NCBI RefSeq assembly: GCF_000020385.1
Contig: NC_010814.1
Coordinates: 990,001-1,022,000 of the forward strand
Reading direction: 5' to 3'
DNA length: 32,000 bases
Source: Trichlorobacter lovleyi SZ
GTDB lineage: Bacteria; Desulfobacterota; Desulfuromonadia; Geobacterales; Pseudopelobacteraceae
The notes below the pieces were generated by a model. The model was not told where the DNA came from. It saw only the letters and a program-made list of their open reading frames with translations, and made no database searches. The translations under genes and the position numbers were made by a program. Positions within the stretch are counted from its first letter, which is position 1; every line of letters begins with the position of its first letter. Below are positions 7,068 through 16,536 of this stretch, piece by piece.

Positions 7068-10000
7068 ATGCGGCGGCGCTCTGATCAGCCGGAAAGTTGG
7101 GATGAACAACGCAACCGGATCATCGGTCTGGGGGAACATTCTGCGCGCAAGAGCTACTACCCTGAACTGAAAGTGCAACTGCAGCAGCTGGAGGAGGCCA
7201 GAAAATCTCTGGCCAAGCTCAACTCCTTTCTTCAGGCGGTCATGGATGCTGCAACCGAGATTGCCGTCATTGTCATTACCCCGGAAGGCGGCATCTCGCT
7301 TTTCAATCGGGGTGCGGAAAAACTGCTTGGGTACCGTGCAGACGAGGTGGTGGGATTGCTCTCTCCGCTCAGGTTTCATCTGGCTGCAGAGGTGGCGGCA
7401 GCAAAAGCCGGCTGTAACATCACTCCCGACTGGTTTCCGATCTATGTGGAACCGGCCGCCCGCGGTGAATCCCGAAAACAGGAATGGACCTTTGTCCATA
7501 AGGATGGTCATCAGATCCCGGTTGAACTGGTGGTTACCGCGATCTGCGAAGATGGCCGGATTACCGGCTACCTCAGCATGGTGACCGACATCCGTGAACG
7601 GAAACAGGCGGAAGAACAGCTGCGCCAGTCAGAACAGAAATATGCCAGTATGTTTCATATGATGCCGGATACGGTGGGTGTCAGCCGCATGTCGGACGGC
7701 ACCTTCATCGAGGTGAATGCCAGCTTTGAACGGGCAACGGGATGGAGCAAAGATGAGTTGATCGGTCACAGCTCTTTGGAAATCGGCCTGTGGGAACCGG
7801 AGGTCCGCTCCAGAACCCTGGATATCGTCCGGAGTCAGGGGCGGCTGGAAAATCATGAATTTGTCATGACGACAAAGTCAGGGGAAAAACGGCATGCCCT
7901 GATGTATATGGCCCCGATCTATATCAACGGAGAACCCTGCCTCTACTTTATTGCCCGGGATATCACCGAACAGGTGCGTGCCGACCAGAACCTGAAGAAT
8001 GAGCGGACCCGTCTGTACACGTTGCTGCAGACCATCCCCGATCTGATCTGGCTGAAAGACCCGGGCGGGGCCTACCTGATGTGCAATTCCCGTTTTGAGC
8101 AGTTTTTCGGTGCTAAAGAAGCGGAGATTGTGGGTAAAACCGACTATGATTTTGTTGATAAAGAACTGGCCGATTTTTTTCGGGAACATGACCAAAAGGC
8201 GCTTGCCGCCGCAGGGGCCAGTGTCAATGAAGAGTGGGTTACCTTTGCCGTTGATGGTCACCGCGAACTGCTTGAAACCATCAAGACCCCCATGCGGGAT
8301 GAGGAAGGCAAGCTGATTGGTGTCCTGGGGATAGCGCGGAATATAACCGATATCAGAGAGGCTCAGGAGAACCTGCGGGACAGTGAACAGCGTTACCGGC
8401 ACCTCTTTGAGCAGAACCCGGCACCGATGCTGATCTATGAACGGGGCTCCTTTCAGCTGCTGGCGGTTAACGAGGCCTTTCTGCAACACTACGGCTACAC
8501 CCCGGAAGATGTGACACAGCTGCGTCTGCCGGACCTGTACCCGGCTGAGGAAAAAGAACGCATTATTGCGTTGGCAAACAGTCTGGTGGGGCATGCCAAT
8601 GCGGGTGAATGGCACCACTGCCGTAAAGACGGCAGCCGGCTGAGCATTGTGGCCACATCCCATGACCTCATCTACAAGGGGCACACTGCCCGGGTTGCCG
8701 TTATTACCGATATCACCGCACGCAAGCAGGCAGAAGAGGAGTTGAACCGCTATCGCCTGCACCTTGAGGAGCTGGTCAAGACCCGTACCGCTGAACTGGA
8801 GGCGGCCCGGGACTCGGCCCAGGCTGCTGATCAGGCCAAAAGCGAATTCTTGGCAAATATGTCCCATGAGATTCGCACGCCGATGAACGCCGTAATCGGA
8901 ATGATCCATCTGACCCTGAAAACTGAAATGTCGCCAAAACAGCGCGATTACTTGCGCAAAGCCGGTTTTGCCGCGGATTCTCTGCTGGGAATTATTGATG
9001 ATATTCTTGATTTCTCAAAGGTTGAAGCCGGCAAACTGGAGCTTGAACAACATCAGTTTTTGCTGAGCGAAGTGCTGGATACGGTGACCAGTATCGTTGG
9101 CATCAAGGCCCATGAGAAGGGGCTTGAATTTCTGCTGAAGATCGCCCCCGAGGTGCCCGCTCAACTGATTGGCGACCCGCTGCGGCTTGGTCAGATACTG
9201 ATAAACCTCTGCAATAATGCCGTAAAGTTTACCGGACAGGGTGAGATCTTTGTCTTTATCGAGCAGCTGGACTGCCGGGAAAACAATCGGGTCATGCTGC
9301 GTTTTTCGGTGCGGGATAACGGCATCGGTATGACTCCTGAACAGCTTGACAAGCTGTTTACCCCCTTTACCCAGGCCGATGCCTCCAGTACCCGCCGTTT
9401 TGGCGGTACCGGTCTGGGGCTTGCCATCAGTAAACAGCTGGTGCTGCTGATGGGCGGCGAAATCGGGGCCGAATCAATACCGGACAAAGGCAGTGTCTTC
9501 TTCTTTACCGCCTGTTTCGGCATCGGTAGCAGCCCGATACTGCAAGGACCGAAGCTGCCGTCTGCGTTGCAGCGGATGAAGTTGCTGGTTCTGGACGACA
9601 GCGCCCGCTCACGGGATATCTTTGAGGGGCTGTTCTACTCACTGGGCTGCCGGGCGGAGCTGGCTGCATCAGCACAGGAGGGATTGGGCTGCCTTGAACG
9701 GTCAGAAAAGCCGTATGATCTGTTGCTGCTGGATGACAGCCTGTCAGGACTGGACGGTTTTGCCGTCGCCCGGCAGGTCAGGCGTATGTCACCATTGCAC
9801 CATCAGCCCAAAATCATCATGATTACCGGCTATGGTGATGAGGAGGCGCACAAACAGGTCGTCGAAGAGGGGCTTGACGGCTGCCTGACCAGGCCGGTCA
9901 CCTTGCGGTCACTTTTCGATGCCGTGGTGGCTGCCTTTGAAAGTGATTCCCGCACAGAGCCGGCCGGGTCGCCGGTGAACGAAACGGCCGGAGACAAGAG

Positions 10001-10805
10001 ACGTTACGGGCAGTTGCGCGGTATGCGGGTTTTGCTGGTTGAGGATAACGACATGAATCAACAGGTGGCCTGTGAGCTGCTGACATCAGCAGGCATCGAG
10101 GTCACGGTGGCGGATAATGGCCATACGGCTGTGGAGCTGGCGGCTCAGCACCGCTTTGATACCGTACTGATGGATATTCAGATGCCGGTCATGGACGGCT
10201 ATGAAGCCAGCCGTTTGATCCGTGCCGATCAGGCTTGCCGTGATCTGCCGATCATTGCCATGACGGCCCATGCCATGCCCCAGGATCGGCAGCGTTGCCT
10301 GGAAAGCGGGATGAACGATTACGTCAGTAAACCGATCAACCCCCAGGAACTGTATAGCACTCTGGAGCGATGGGGGAGGGCGGCTTCCGGCATCCCTGAT
10401 CAATCGCGGGCGGCTTCGCTGTCCAACGCTGACAGGGAGGCGCTGTTGCCGGATAGCCTGCCCGGCATAGCAATGGAAATCGGGCTGCAGTGCATGAACG
10501 GTAAAAAGTCATTCTACCGCTCGATGCTGTTGCAATTCCTGACGAGTAAGGCCGGTAGTGCCAGAGAGCTGCAGGAACTGCTGGCAGCCGGAGACAGACA
10601 GGCGGCTGCCCGGGGTGCCCATTCCATGAAGTCGGTCGCAGGGATGATCGGCGCCCTGGAACTGATGGCGGCAGCTCAAAAGCTGGAACAGGGACTGGAT
10701 TCAGGTGCTCAGGATGCTGACCAGTTGCTTGAACGGTTTGAGAAAGAATTGTCCGTTGTTATTGATGGTCTTGCATCGGCTTTCAGTGACAGTCCGGCCG
10801 GTTGA
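7068..10805 (+). CDS. Soluble hybrid sensor histidine kinase (about 4 PAS - HisKA - HATPase_c - REC - REC - HPt)
   Basis: Start placed at ATG 7068 (GAGG 6 nt upstream); the ORF opens at TTG 6984. Repeated PAS-like segments lie between coiled-coil linkers. H-box [12 protein letters not shown]-box [11 protein letters not shown]-boxes DNGIGM / GGTGLGL. REC1 has [14 protein letters not shown] and REC2 has [14 protein letters not shown]...SKPI. HPt has [13 protein letters not shown]. No hydrophobic TM segment was seen. Confidence 0.9.
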   Translation: MRRRSDQPESWDEQRNRIIGLGEHSARKSYYPELKVQLQQLEEARKSLAKLNSFLQAVMDAATEIAVIVITPEGGISLFNRGAEKLLGYRADEVVGLLSPLRFHLAAEVAAAKAGCNITPDWFPIYVEPAARGESRKQEWTFVHKDGHQIPVELVVTAICEDGRITGYLSMVTDIRERKQAEEQLRQSEQKYASMFHMMPDTVGVSRMSDGTFIEVNASFERATGWSKDELIGHSSLEIGLWEPEVRSRTLDIVRSQGRLENHEFVMTTKSGEKRHALMYMAPIYINGEPCLYFIARDITEQVRADQNLKNERTRLYTLLQTIPDLIWLKDPGGAYLMCNSRFEQFFGAKEAEIVGKTDYDFVDKELADFFREHDQKALAAAGASVNEEWVTFAVDGHRELLETIKTPMRDEEGKLIGVLGIARNITDIREAQENLRDSEQRYRHLFEQNPAPMLIYERGSFQLLAVNEAFLQHYGYTPEDVTQLRLPDLYPAEEKERIIALANSLVGHANAGEWHHCRKDGSRLSIVATSHDLIYKGHTARVAVITDITARKQAEEELNRYRLHLEELVKTRTAELEAARDSAQAADQAKSEFLANMSHEIRTPMNAVIGMIHLTLKTEMSPKQRDYLRKAGFAADSLLGIIDDILDFSKVEAGKLELEQHQFLLSEVLDTVTSIVGIKAHEKGLEFLLKIAPEVPAQLIGDPLRLGQILINLCNNAVKFTGQGEIFVFIEQLDCRENNRVMLRFSVRDNGIGMTPEQLDKLFTPFTQADASSTRRFGGTGLGLAISKQLVLLMGGEIGAESIPDKGSVFFFTACFGIGSSPILQGPKLPSALQRMKLLVLDDSARSRDIFEGLFYSLGCRAELAASAQEGLGCLERSEKPYDLLLLDDSLSGLDGFAVARQVRRMSPLHHQPKIIMITGYGDEEAHKQVVEEGLDGCLTRPVTLRSLFDAVVAAFESDSRTEPAGSPVNETAGDKRRYGQLRGMRVLLVEDNDMNQQVACELLTSAGIEVTVADNGHTAVELAAQHRFDTVLMDIQMPVMDGYEASRLIRADQACRDLPIIAMTAHAMPQDRQRCLESGMNDYVSKPINPQELYSTLERWGRAASGIPDQSRAASLSNADREALLPDSLPGIAMEIGLQCMNGKKSFYRSMLLQFLTSKAGSARELQELLAAGDRQAAARGAHSMKSVAGMIGALELMAAAQKLEQGLDSGAQDADQLLERFEKELSVVIDGLASAFSDSPAG

Positions 10806-10889
10806 ACGGCGGTCGCATGGGAGGTGCCGTTCCGGGGAGGATTGATACCTGATCTGTCCGCCTTGAACGCCTAACGTAAAGGATTCAAT

Positions 10890-12131
10890 ATGGCTGAAAC
10901 ACTGCTCTACACAGCCTCCTGGCTGTATTCGCCCGGCCGGCCCCCGATTGCCGGAGGCGCCGTTGCTGTACGGGACGGCCGCATTGTTGAGATTGGTACT
11001 GCCAGGGAGCTGATTGCCGGCTATGGCCAACCAACGGGCGAGTATCCCGGCTGTGTGCTCATGCCCGGCTTTGTCAATGCCCATACCCACCTTGAACTGA
11101 CCCACTTTCCGGCCTGGCGTCTGCGGGACGGGCTGGATTACCACCCCCACCGTTTTGTGGACTGGATCATCCAGATGATCAAGGTGCGGCGCGGTGTGAC
11201 CCCTGAGGAAACCCGTGTGTCGCTCAAGGCCGGTATCAATGCCTGTTTGCGGGCCGGTACCACCTCAGTCGGAGATATTGTTACGGCACCGGATCTGCTG
11301 TCCGCCTATGACGGCAGCTCCATTGGCGGACGGATTTACCTGGAGCTGATCGGACAGGACCGGCAGATCTTTGAGCCGCGCCTGACCAAGGCAATGGAGG
11401 CGATTCAAGCCATTAACGGCCCGCGTCTGCCGGGTCTTTCGCCCCATGCTCCCTACACCCTGAACAGTAATCTACTGGCGGACATCTCTGCTGCTGCAAG
11501 GCAGGGGAGCCTACCGCTTTCGCTGCATCTGGCTGAATCCCGTGATGAATCTGATCTGCTGTTTGACTCCTCCGGGCCGCTGGCTGAAGAGATGTATCCG
11601 CTGGTTGGCTGGCAGGACTTTCTGCCAGCGCCCCGCAGGATCACACCGGCCCGTTTTTTTGATACCGGCGGCCTGTTGGGGCCTTCGACACTGGCGGTAC
11701 ACGGGGTGCAGCTGACCCCGGCGGATGCTGCCCTGTTGCAGGAACGCGGTGTTTCCATCTGTCTCTGTCCGCGCAGCAATGAACGGCTTGCGGTCGGCAC
11801 AGCACCGGTGCACCTCTTTAAGAAACAGGGTATTCCGCTCTGTCTGGGCACTGACTCACTGGCCAGCAATGATTCGCTGTCTCTGTGGGATGAGATCCGT
11901 TTTGCCCTGGATAGCTACAGGGGTGAGCTGGGGCCGGAGAAACTGCTGGAGATGGCAACCAAAGGTGGTGCAGCAGGCATTGGTCTGGCTGGTCAGGTCG
12001 GTACTCTTCAGGCAGGGATGCGGGCAGACCTGCAGGTCATTTCTGTTGCAGGCGACTTCAGTGCTGAACGGTTACTGGAGCGGGGGAGGCTGCAGCAGGT
12101 GCTGGTGGGAGGAGTTGGTGTTGTGGATTGA
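10890..12131 (+). CDS. Metal-dependent amidohydrolase (chlorohydrolase / nucleoside-deaminase-like family)
   Basis: 413 aa. PGFVNAHTHLE (HxH metal site), SPHAPYT, HLAES, AVHG, CPRSN and GTDSLASN form the typical motif series of TRZ/ATZ-type deaminases. The exact substrate cannot be called. Confidence 0.85.
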   Translation: MAETLLYTASWLYSPGRPPIAGGAVAVRDGRIVEIGTARELIAGYGQPTGEYPGCVLMPGFVNAHTHLELTHFPAWRLRDGLDYHPHRFVDWIIQMIKVRRGVTPEETRVSLKAGINACLRAGTTSVGDIVTAPDLLSAYDGSSIGGRIYLELIGQDRQIFEPRLTKAMEAIQAINGPRLPGLSPHAPYTLNSNLLADISAAARQGSLPLSLHLAESRDESDLLFDSSGPLAEEMYPLVGWQDFLPAPRRITPARFFDTGGLLGPSTLAVHGVQLTPADAALLQERGVSICLCPRSNERLAVGTAPVHLFKKQGIPLCLGTDSLASNDSLSLWDEIRFALDSYRGELGPEKLLEMATKGGAAGIGLAGQVGTLQAGMRADLQVISVAGDFSAERLLERGRLQQVLVGGVGVVD

Positions 12132-12212
12132 TAGACAGCCATCTGAGTGGTTTGTCTGGGGCGGCACCTGCAAATGTCCGGCCTGTGATACGGTTTCAAG
12201 ATCTGTGGGACT

Positions 12213-12244
12213 AAAAAAGGGGTGGCACTCAGGCCACCCCTTTT
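12213..12244. terminator. Bidirectional rho-independent terminator between convergent genes
   Basis: AAAAAA-GGGGTGGC (12219-12226) actcag GCCACCCC (12233-12240)-TTTT. The A-tract and T-tract allow function on both strands. Confidence 0.7.
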
Positions 12245-12345
12245 AAGTTGTCTCACTTCCACTTCAAGGATCGGTCTGCCCTGTCAGGTTTCTCGTCCCT
12301 GGATAGCGCCCGTGGGTTGAAATTGCAGCTCCATTCCGGTGGATA

Positions 12346-12645
12346 TCAGCAGCCTGCTGATTTTGTGAATTTTGCGCTGATATTTTTGCCGCTGTTCTCT
12401 TCAAATTTTACCTTTACATCATCGTCAATCGTAATTTTCTTGCTGCTGAGCTTGTCCTTGGTCAGATCATCGGCTATTTCGATCACAAACTCTTTGCCGC
12501 TTGCCTCGTCTTTCACAACAGTCGTAAAGCTGCCGTCAGCATTAGGGGTGATTTTTCGTACCGGCCCCTTGATGCTTGCGGCAAAGGAAAACGATGCGAT
12601 AGCGAGTACCGTAACGGCAGCGACAACGGATGACAGTTTTTTCAT
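12346..12645 (-). CDS. Small secreted protein, unknown function
   Basis: 99 aa. MKKLSSVVAAVTVLAIASFSFAAS is a signal peptide. AAAGGA lies upstream. The mature part is Lys/Asp-rich and ends ...KSAGC. This is preferred over the antisense low-complexity ORF 12248..12757. Confidence 0.6.
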   Translation of the reverse strand: MKKLSSVVAAVTVLAIASFSFAASIKGPVRKITPNADGSFTTVVKDEASGKEFVIEIADDLTKDKLSSKKITIDDDVKVKFEENSGKNISAKFTKSAGC

Positions 12646-12765
12646 GATTCTGATGATCCTTTCGGTATTGGGGATACCCCCGTTTTATATGACAGCCGGG
12701 CGGTCAAGACGTTACATATTTGGGTTTCAGGACTTTTGCTGTCTGGCAGTTCAGTAAAGCAGAAA

Positions 12766-13668
12766 TTACGCCACCTGGTCCCTGCCGCTCTGTTTTGCCT
12801 GATACAGCGCTTGATCGGCATGTGCAAGCAGTTCCTCAACGGAGCAGACGTCATTGTCCGGATATGCTGCAACACCGATGCTGACCGTTATCTTCAGGTC
12901 GGGGGAGATGTGGGAAAAAGCAATTGCGCGAACTTTTTGGCACAGCCGATGGGCCACCTTTAAGGCCTCACGCTTGCTGGTGTCGGGCAGCATCACCACA
13001 AACTCCTCACCGCCATATCGGAAAAAGAGGTCGTAGTCCCGTAAGCAGGCCGTGGCCTCTGCCGTCACTTTTTTGAGCGCCAAATCACCTGCCTGATGAC
13101 CAAATCTGTCGTTGATTTCTTTAAAGTGGTCAATATCAAGCATCAGCACCGACACCATGCCGTCGGTGCGTGCCGCCCGGCCCAGCTCAACATTGAGGAT
13201 GTGGCAGAGGTAGCGCCGGTTAAAGGCACCGGTCAGCGCATCCTTATGTGAAAGCAGTTCAAGTTCCTTGTTCCGTTTGCGGAGCTCCTCTTCACGACGT
13301 TTTGCGTTCAGGTGCAGTTTTGCCCGAGCTACAAGTTCCTGCGGATCATAGGGGATATGAATAAAATCGTGCGCTCCTGTTGTCAGGCCCTTCAGTCGGA
13401 TGTCGCGACTGGTATTGCTGGTCAGCAGCAGTACCGGAATGTGCTCTGTCTCGGTTCTTGAGCGGATTGCAGTCAAAAACTTAAGGCCGTCCATGCGTGG
13501 CATTTCAATATCACACAGGATGACGTCGGGGGCGTTCTGCGAGGCCTTTTGAAAACCATCCAGGCCGTCTACTGCCTCGAACACGGCATCCTTAAATCCG
13601 TTTTGCTTAAGGTCAGCCACTATTTTACGACGGGTTTCGCGGTTGTCTTCAACGACTAGAATGCTCAT
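12766..13668 (-). CDS. Response regulator with GGDEF output (PleD/WspR-like diguanylate cyclase)
   Basis: REC domain: ILVVEDN...DVILCDIEMPRMDG...LLLTS. A coiled-coil linker follows. The GGDEF domain has an intact GGEEF and an RxxD I-site (RDYD) 5 residues upstream. The ATG overlaps the stop of the upstream transglycosylase gene (ATGA, 13665-13668). Confidence 0.9.
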   Translation of the reverse strand: MSILVVEDNRETRRKIVADLKQNGFKDAVFEAVDGLDGFQKASQNAPDVILCDIEMPRMDGLKFLTAIRSRTETEHIPVLLLTSNTSRDIRLKGLTTGAHDFIHIPYDPQELVARAKLHLNAKRREEELRKRNKELELLSHKDALTGAFNRRYLCHILNVELGRAARTDGMVSVLMLDIDHFKEINDRFGHQAGDLALKKVTAEATACLRDYDLFFRYGGEEFVVMLPDTSKREALKVAHRLCQKVRAIAFSHISPDLKITVSIGVAAYPDNDVCSVEELLAHADQALYQAKQSGRDQVA

Positions 13669-14126
13669 CGTGCACCATCCTGGGTCAGTGATGCCTGCAT
13701 GCTGTGGTTTGCCAATTGTGCTGCAATGCGTTGGGCATAACGTTCATTTTTGCCCGGTGTTCTGCTGTTGTAACAGCCTACTGCCTTCCAGCCATAGCCG
13801 TAGTCATTGATGCACTGGCGCAGGATCCAGGCACCAACCTTGAGATTTGTGCAAGGATCACCCAGTTGTGACCACAGTTCAGGCCCCAGCCGTTTTGCCC
13901 AGCTTGAGTTGATTTGCATCAGGCCAAAGTCGTAACTGCCGTTCAGATTCCGGTTGATCGCATCAGGCTTCAGGTTGCTTTCCTGTCTGGCAATGCTTAA
14001 CAAGAGGGTTGGCGGCAGATTGTAGATCCTGCCTGCTTCTTCAAAGCAGAAGCCATACCCCATGGCGGGATTAAGGCATATCGCGATGCAGGACAGGATC
14101 GTTGCCAGTTTGCAGGTGCCCTTCAT
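13665..14126 (-). CDS. Specialised lytic transglycosylase (SLT domain; BfpH / R64 PilT / VirB1-like)
   Basis: Start placed at ATG 14126, 1 nt after the secretin stop (TAAtATG). MKGTCKLATILSCIAICLNPAMG is a signal sequence. SIARQESNLKPDAINRN...YDFGLMQINSSW is the SLT catalytic-Glu motif. Confidence 0.85.
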   Translation of the reverse strand: MKGTCKLATILSCIAICLNPAMGYGFCFEEAGRIYNLPPTLLLSIARQESNLKPDAINRNLNGSYDFGLMQINSSWAKRLGPELWSQLGDPCTNLKVGAWILRQCINDYGYGWKAVGCYNSRTPGKNERYAQRIAAQLANHSMQASLTQDGAR

Positions 14127-14127
14127 A

Positions 14128-15660
14128 TTAGCCCTCAGGAATAAATTCAATAATGGTTGGTTTGACAACGATAACCAACTCTTCCTTTTCTTTTTTTCCG
14201 GTAACATTCTTGGTCAGGTAGGTGTCTCCGGGCAGTCCGTTGACGTTGTCATCGTTCATCTCATAGACCAGCCCGCCGATGATGGCCACCTGCTCCGGTT
14301 TCATGCGCAGGAAGGTCTCGACGGACTTTTTAGTGGTTTCCGGTTGCATGAAGCTGCCCAACTGGGAACCGGCCGAGATGGTCACGTAGCGATTAACCCC
14401 CTCGACATTTACCTTCAGATTTATGGTCAGCATCTGCTGTTTTTTGTTGTAATAGGGGGTGAAATCCATGATCACCCCGGCCTTGGCAGTAGATGTCTTG
14501 GCTGTTGCCGCAGTGGCGCCACTGGTGCTGGAAAGGGAAGAAATGCCAATTTCGGAGACGTAGGGAGATTCGGTGACAATCTCAATCTTTCCTTTCTTGC
14601 CGCTCATGGTCTCGACAAAGACGTTCTGCATCACATTGTACTTGCCAAAGTTTTCCATGAAGCTGAACAGAGCCGAGAGTGAGAATCGGGACGACTCCAT
14701 GAATAGATTGGCCCCGCTTGTGTTGAACAGGGCACCGATACCCTGTTCAAATAAGTTGGTAGCGGGAGTTGTTGTTGTCGTTGTACCGGTGGTGGTTCCG
14801 GTTGACGAAGAACTGTCGTCAAGCTTTGCCAGTTTTTTAAAGCCAAGATTCTGGATATTTTGGGACTGCCAGCCAACCGCCATCTGCGACCAGTCAATCC
14901 CCAGGCTGTTGCCGTTGTTCAACCGCACATTCATTAATACGATCCGCATGGTGACCAGTGAGACGTTGTTCTTTAGGTTGTCCAGATATTCTTTCATGCG
15001 CTGGTATCCGGCATAATCTGCACGAAATGACATCGACGATGAAAGATCGTCGTAACCGACGCCTTCGGCCCCCAGCTTGACCATATTGCCTTCGACCGTC
15101 TTCAGAAGATCGGGGTAGTTGGGGACCAGCACGCTGAACGTTTCTCGCTCTTTCATGACAATGGCGCCGTTTTCAAAGGTAAAGAAGTAACCGGTTGAAT
15201 CAGAGAGGGTCTTAAACAGGTCAGACAACCTGCCGTTAAAAGAGACCGATACCATTCTTGAACGGGCAGATCCCTGTATTGCCGCTGGCTGCTGCCCCTG
15301 CTGTAAAGCCGTTTGGCTGTAGGCCGGTGCAAAGCTGTTTTTGTCAGGCATGTCATAGACAATGTTCAGGCCGGTGCTGGCAGCTAGTGCCTTCATAAAG
15401 TCGCGGATCTCAACGTTGTGCATGCTGATGGAGACATAGCGGTCATTGCTGAACGGCTTGGTCTCATGGACCTGAAAGGCGTTCTTCGGAATTGTCAGCC
15501 TGACGATTGAAGGTTCGGCGGGCAGCATGCTTTCCGCTTTTTTGGCAAGCTCATGCTGGGTAGGCAGGTCATCCTTGCGTATCTGCTGGATGGATGAGCA
15601 GCCGCCAAGCAGCAGCGTGCTGAAAAGTGCTACACAGAGCATGGTTCTGATCCGTATCAT
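14128..15660 (-). CDS. Outer-membrane secretin, lipoprotein type (T4bP PilN/BfpB-like)
   Basis: MIRIRTMLCVALFSTLLLGGCSS has a lipobox (LLGGC). An N-terminal secretin-N-like module has VSISMHNVEIRDFMKALAASTGLNIVYD. There is a Ser/Thr-rich linker SSSSTGTTTGTTTTTTP. The C-terminal secretin domain ends ...VAIIGGLVYEMNDDNVNGLPGDTYLTKNV...EELVIVVKPTII. Confidence 0.85.
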   Translation of the reverse strand: MIRIRTMLCVALFSTLLLGGCSSIQQIRKDDLPTQHELAKKAESMLPAEPSIVRLTIPKNAFQVHETKPFSNDRYVSISMHNVEIRDFMKALAASTGLNIVYDMPDKNSFAPAYSQTALQQGQQPAAIQGSARSRMVSVSFNGRLSDLFKTLSDSTGYFFTFENGAIVMKERETFSVLVPNYPDLLKTVEGNMVKLGAEGVGYDDLSSSMSFRADYAGYQRMKEYLDNLKNNVSLVTMRIVLMNVRLNNGNSLGIDWSQMAVGWQSQNIQNLGFKKLAKLDDSSSSTGTTTGTTTTTTPATNLFEQGIGALFNTSGANLFMESSRFSLSALFSFMENFGKYNVMQNVFVETMSGKKGKIEIVTESPYVSEIGISSLSSTSGATAATAKTSTAKAGVIMDFTPYYNKKQQMLTINLKVNVEGVNRYVTISAGSQLGSFMQPETTKKSVETFLRMKPEQVAIIGGLVYEMNDDNVNGLPGDTYLTKNVTGKKEKEELVIVVKPTIIEFIPEG

Positions 15661-16523
15661 TTATTCCTCCGGTTAATCGTATCAGCAGCGGGAGCAGCAG
15701 GGTCTGCGGGGGGGGGAGGCTCCGTCGCAGGTGTCGTTTCTTTCAGGTTCAGTAGAATAGTGGTGCCACCATCTGTACCCTTGAATATATGTCCTTCAGC
15801 GCCCGGCAGTCTGTATGCTGCCCCTTTTTGCTGTTGCAGCAGTGCAATAGTGGTAAGTAGAAAGGCGGTGTCGTCTTTATATTTTGTGTTTTCAGCCCGT
15901 GCCTTCAGGAGCTGCTCCTGTAACGTCGTACGTTCAGTTTCCAGCTGTTCCAGGGTCTGTTTCTGGTTGTTCAGTTCCTGTCTGACTTGGGTCAGTTCTG
16001 CTTCTTTGCCCTGCAAGGTGAGACTGCTGCGGGCGATCTCTGATTTGAGAGTGTCATCCAGCTGAATGCATTTTTGTGCAATACTCTGGGCTGAAAAGAT
16101 CAAGTCATCTAGACGGCGCGCAGGATCAACCGTGCGGGGTTCTACCCTGGTAGACCGTTTTTTTTCAGTAGCGTCCTTGCCACAGTGTACGCCGTCAAAG
16201 CTGGCAACACAGCCGCCTGCCAGGCTTTCGCCTTCAGCCAATGATAGGATCTCGCCGGTTTGGGTGTCAGTCACGATTACCCGGTTATCGATCTTTCCGG
16301 TAAACTCCCAGCGCTTCTTGTGTGGCAGTATCGTATTGCCCGGGTGGGCACCAGGAAGTGGTGGCAATGGTACCGTCGGCAATTGAGGTTTTGGTGCTCC
16401 CGTCGTTACCGGCTTGGTTTCATTTTTCTGGGGTGTGTTGCCTTCAACAAAAGGGCTGGCAGCTGCAATCTGAGCTGCCAGCGCTGTTGTGATCAGGCCT
16501 ACCGTAACAATCCTGATAAACAT
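15657..16523 (-). CDS. Secreted Pro-rich / coiled-coil protein with a possible GspC/PilP-type HR (secretin-docking) domain
   Basis: Start placed at ATG 16523 (GGAG 5 nt upstream). Signal peptide MFIRIVTVGLITTALAAQIAAASP. FTGKIDNRVIVTDTQTGEILSLAEGESLAGGCVASFDGVHC resembles the HR-domain pattern. A long heptad-like Q/E/L stretch (LTQVRQELNNQKQTLEQLETERTTLQEQLLKARAE) is present. The stop overlaps the secretin ATG (ATGA, 15657-15660). Confidence 0.55.
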   Translation of the reverse strand: MFIRIVTVGLITTALAAQIAAASPFVEGNTPQKNETKPVTTGAPKPQLPTVPLPPLPGAHPGNTILPHKKRWEFTGKIDNRVIVTDTQTGEILSLAEGESLAGGCVASFDGVHCGKDATEKKRSTRVEPRTVDPARRLDDLIFSAQSIAQKCIQLDDTLKSEIARSSLTLQGKEAELTQVRQELNNQKQTLEQLETERTTLQEQLLKARAENTKYKDDTAFLLTTIALLQQQKGAAYRLPGAEGHIFKGTDGGTTILLNLKETTPATEPPPPADPAAPAADTINRRNK

Positions 16524-16536
16524 GCTCACTCCGGGG

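Noticed and set aside
7878-8909. 343-aa minus-strand ORF
   Set aside because: It lies antisense within the PAS region of the histidine kinase and has no recognisable motifs.
12248-12757. 169-aa plus-strand ORF
   Set aside because: The translation is low-complexity Ser/Leu/Phe-rich and starts inside the bidirectional terminator. The opposite strand encodes a 99-aa protein with a proper signal peptide and SD.
12646-12765. Terminator after the GGDEF gene, or a c-di-GMP riboswitch ahead of the small secreted protein gene
   Set aside because: Only short weak hairpins (GGGGtatCCCC, CTGtctggCAG) are present. There is no U-tract and no GEMM consensus.
14062-14682. 206-aa plus-strand ORF, plus other + strand ORFs within 14.5-24.3 kb
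   Set aside because: All are antisense to secretin and pilus genes that have strong family signatures and operon-consistent SDs and junctions.
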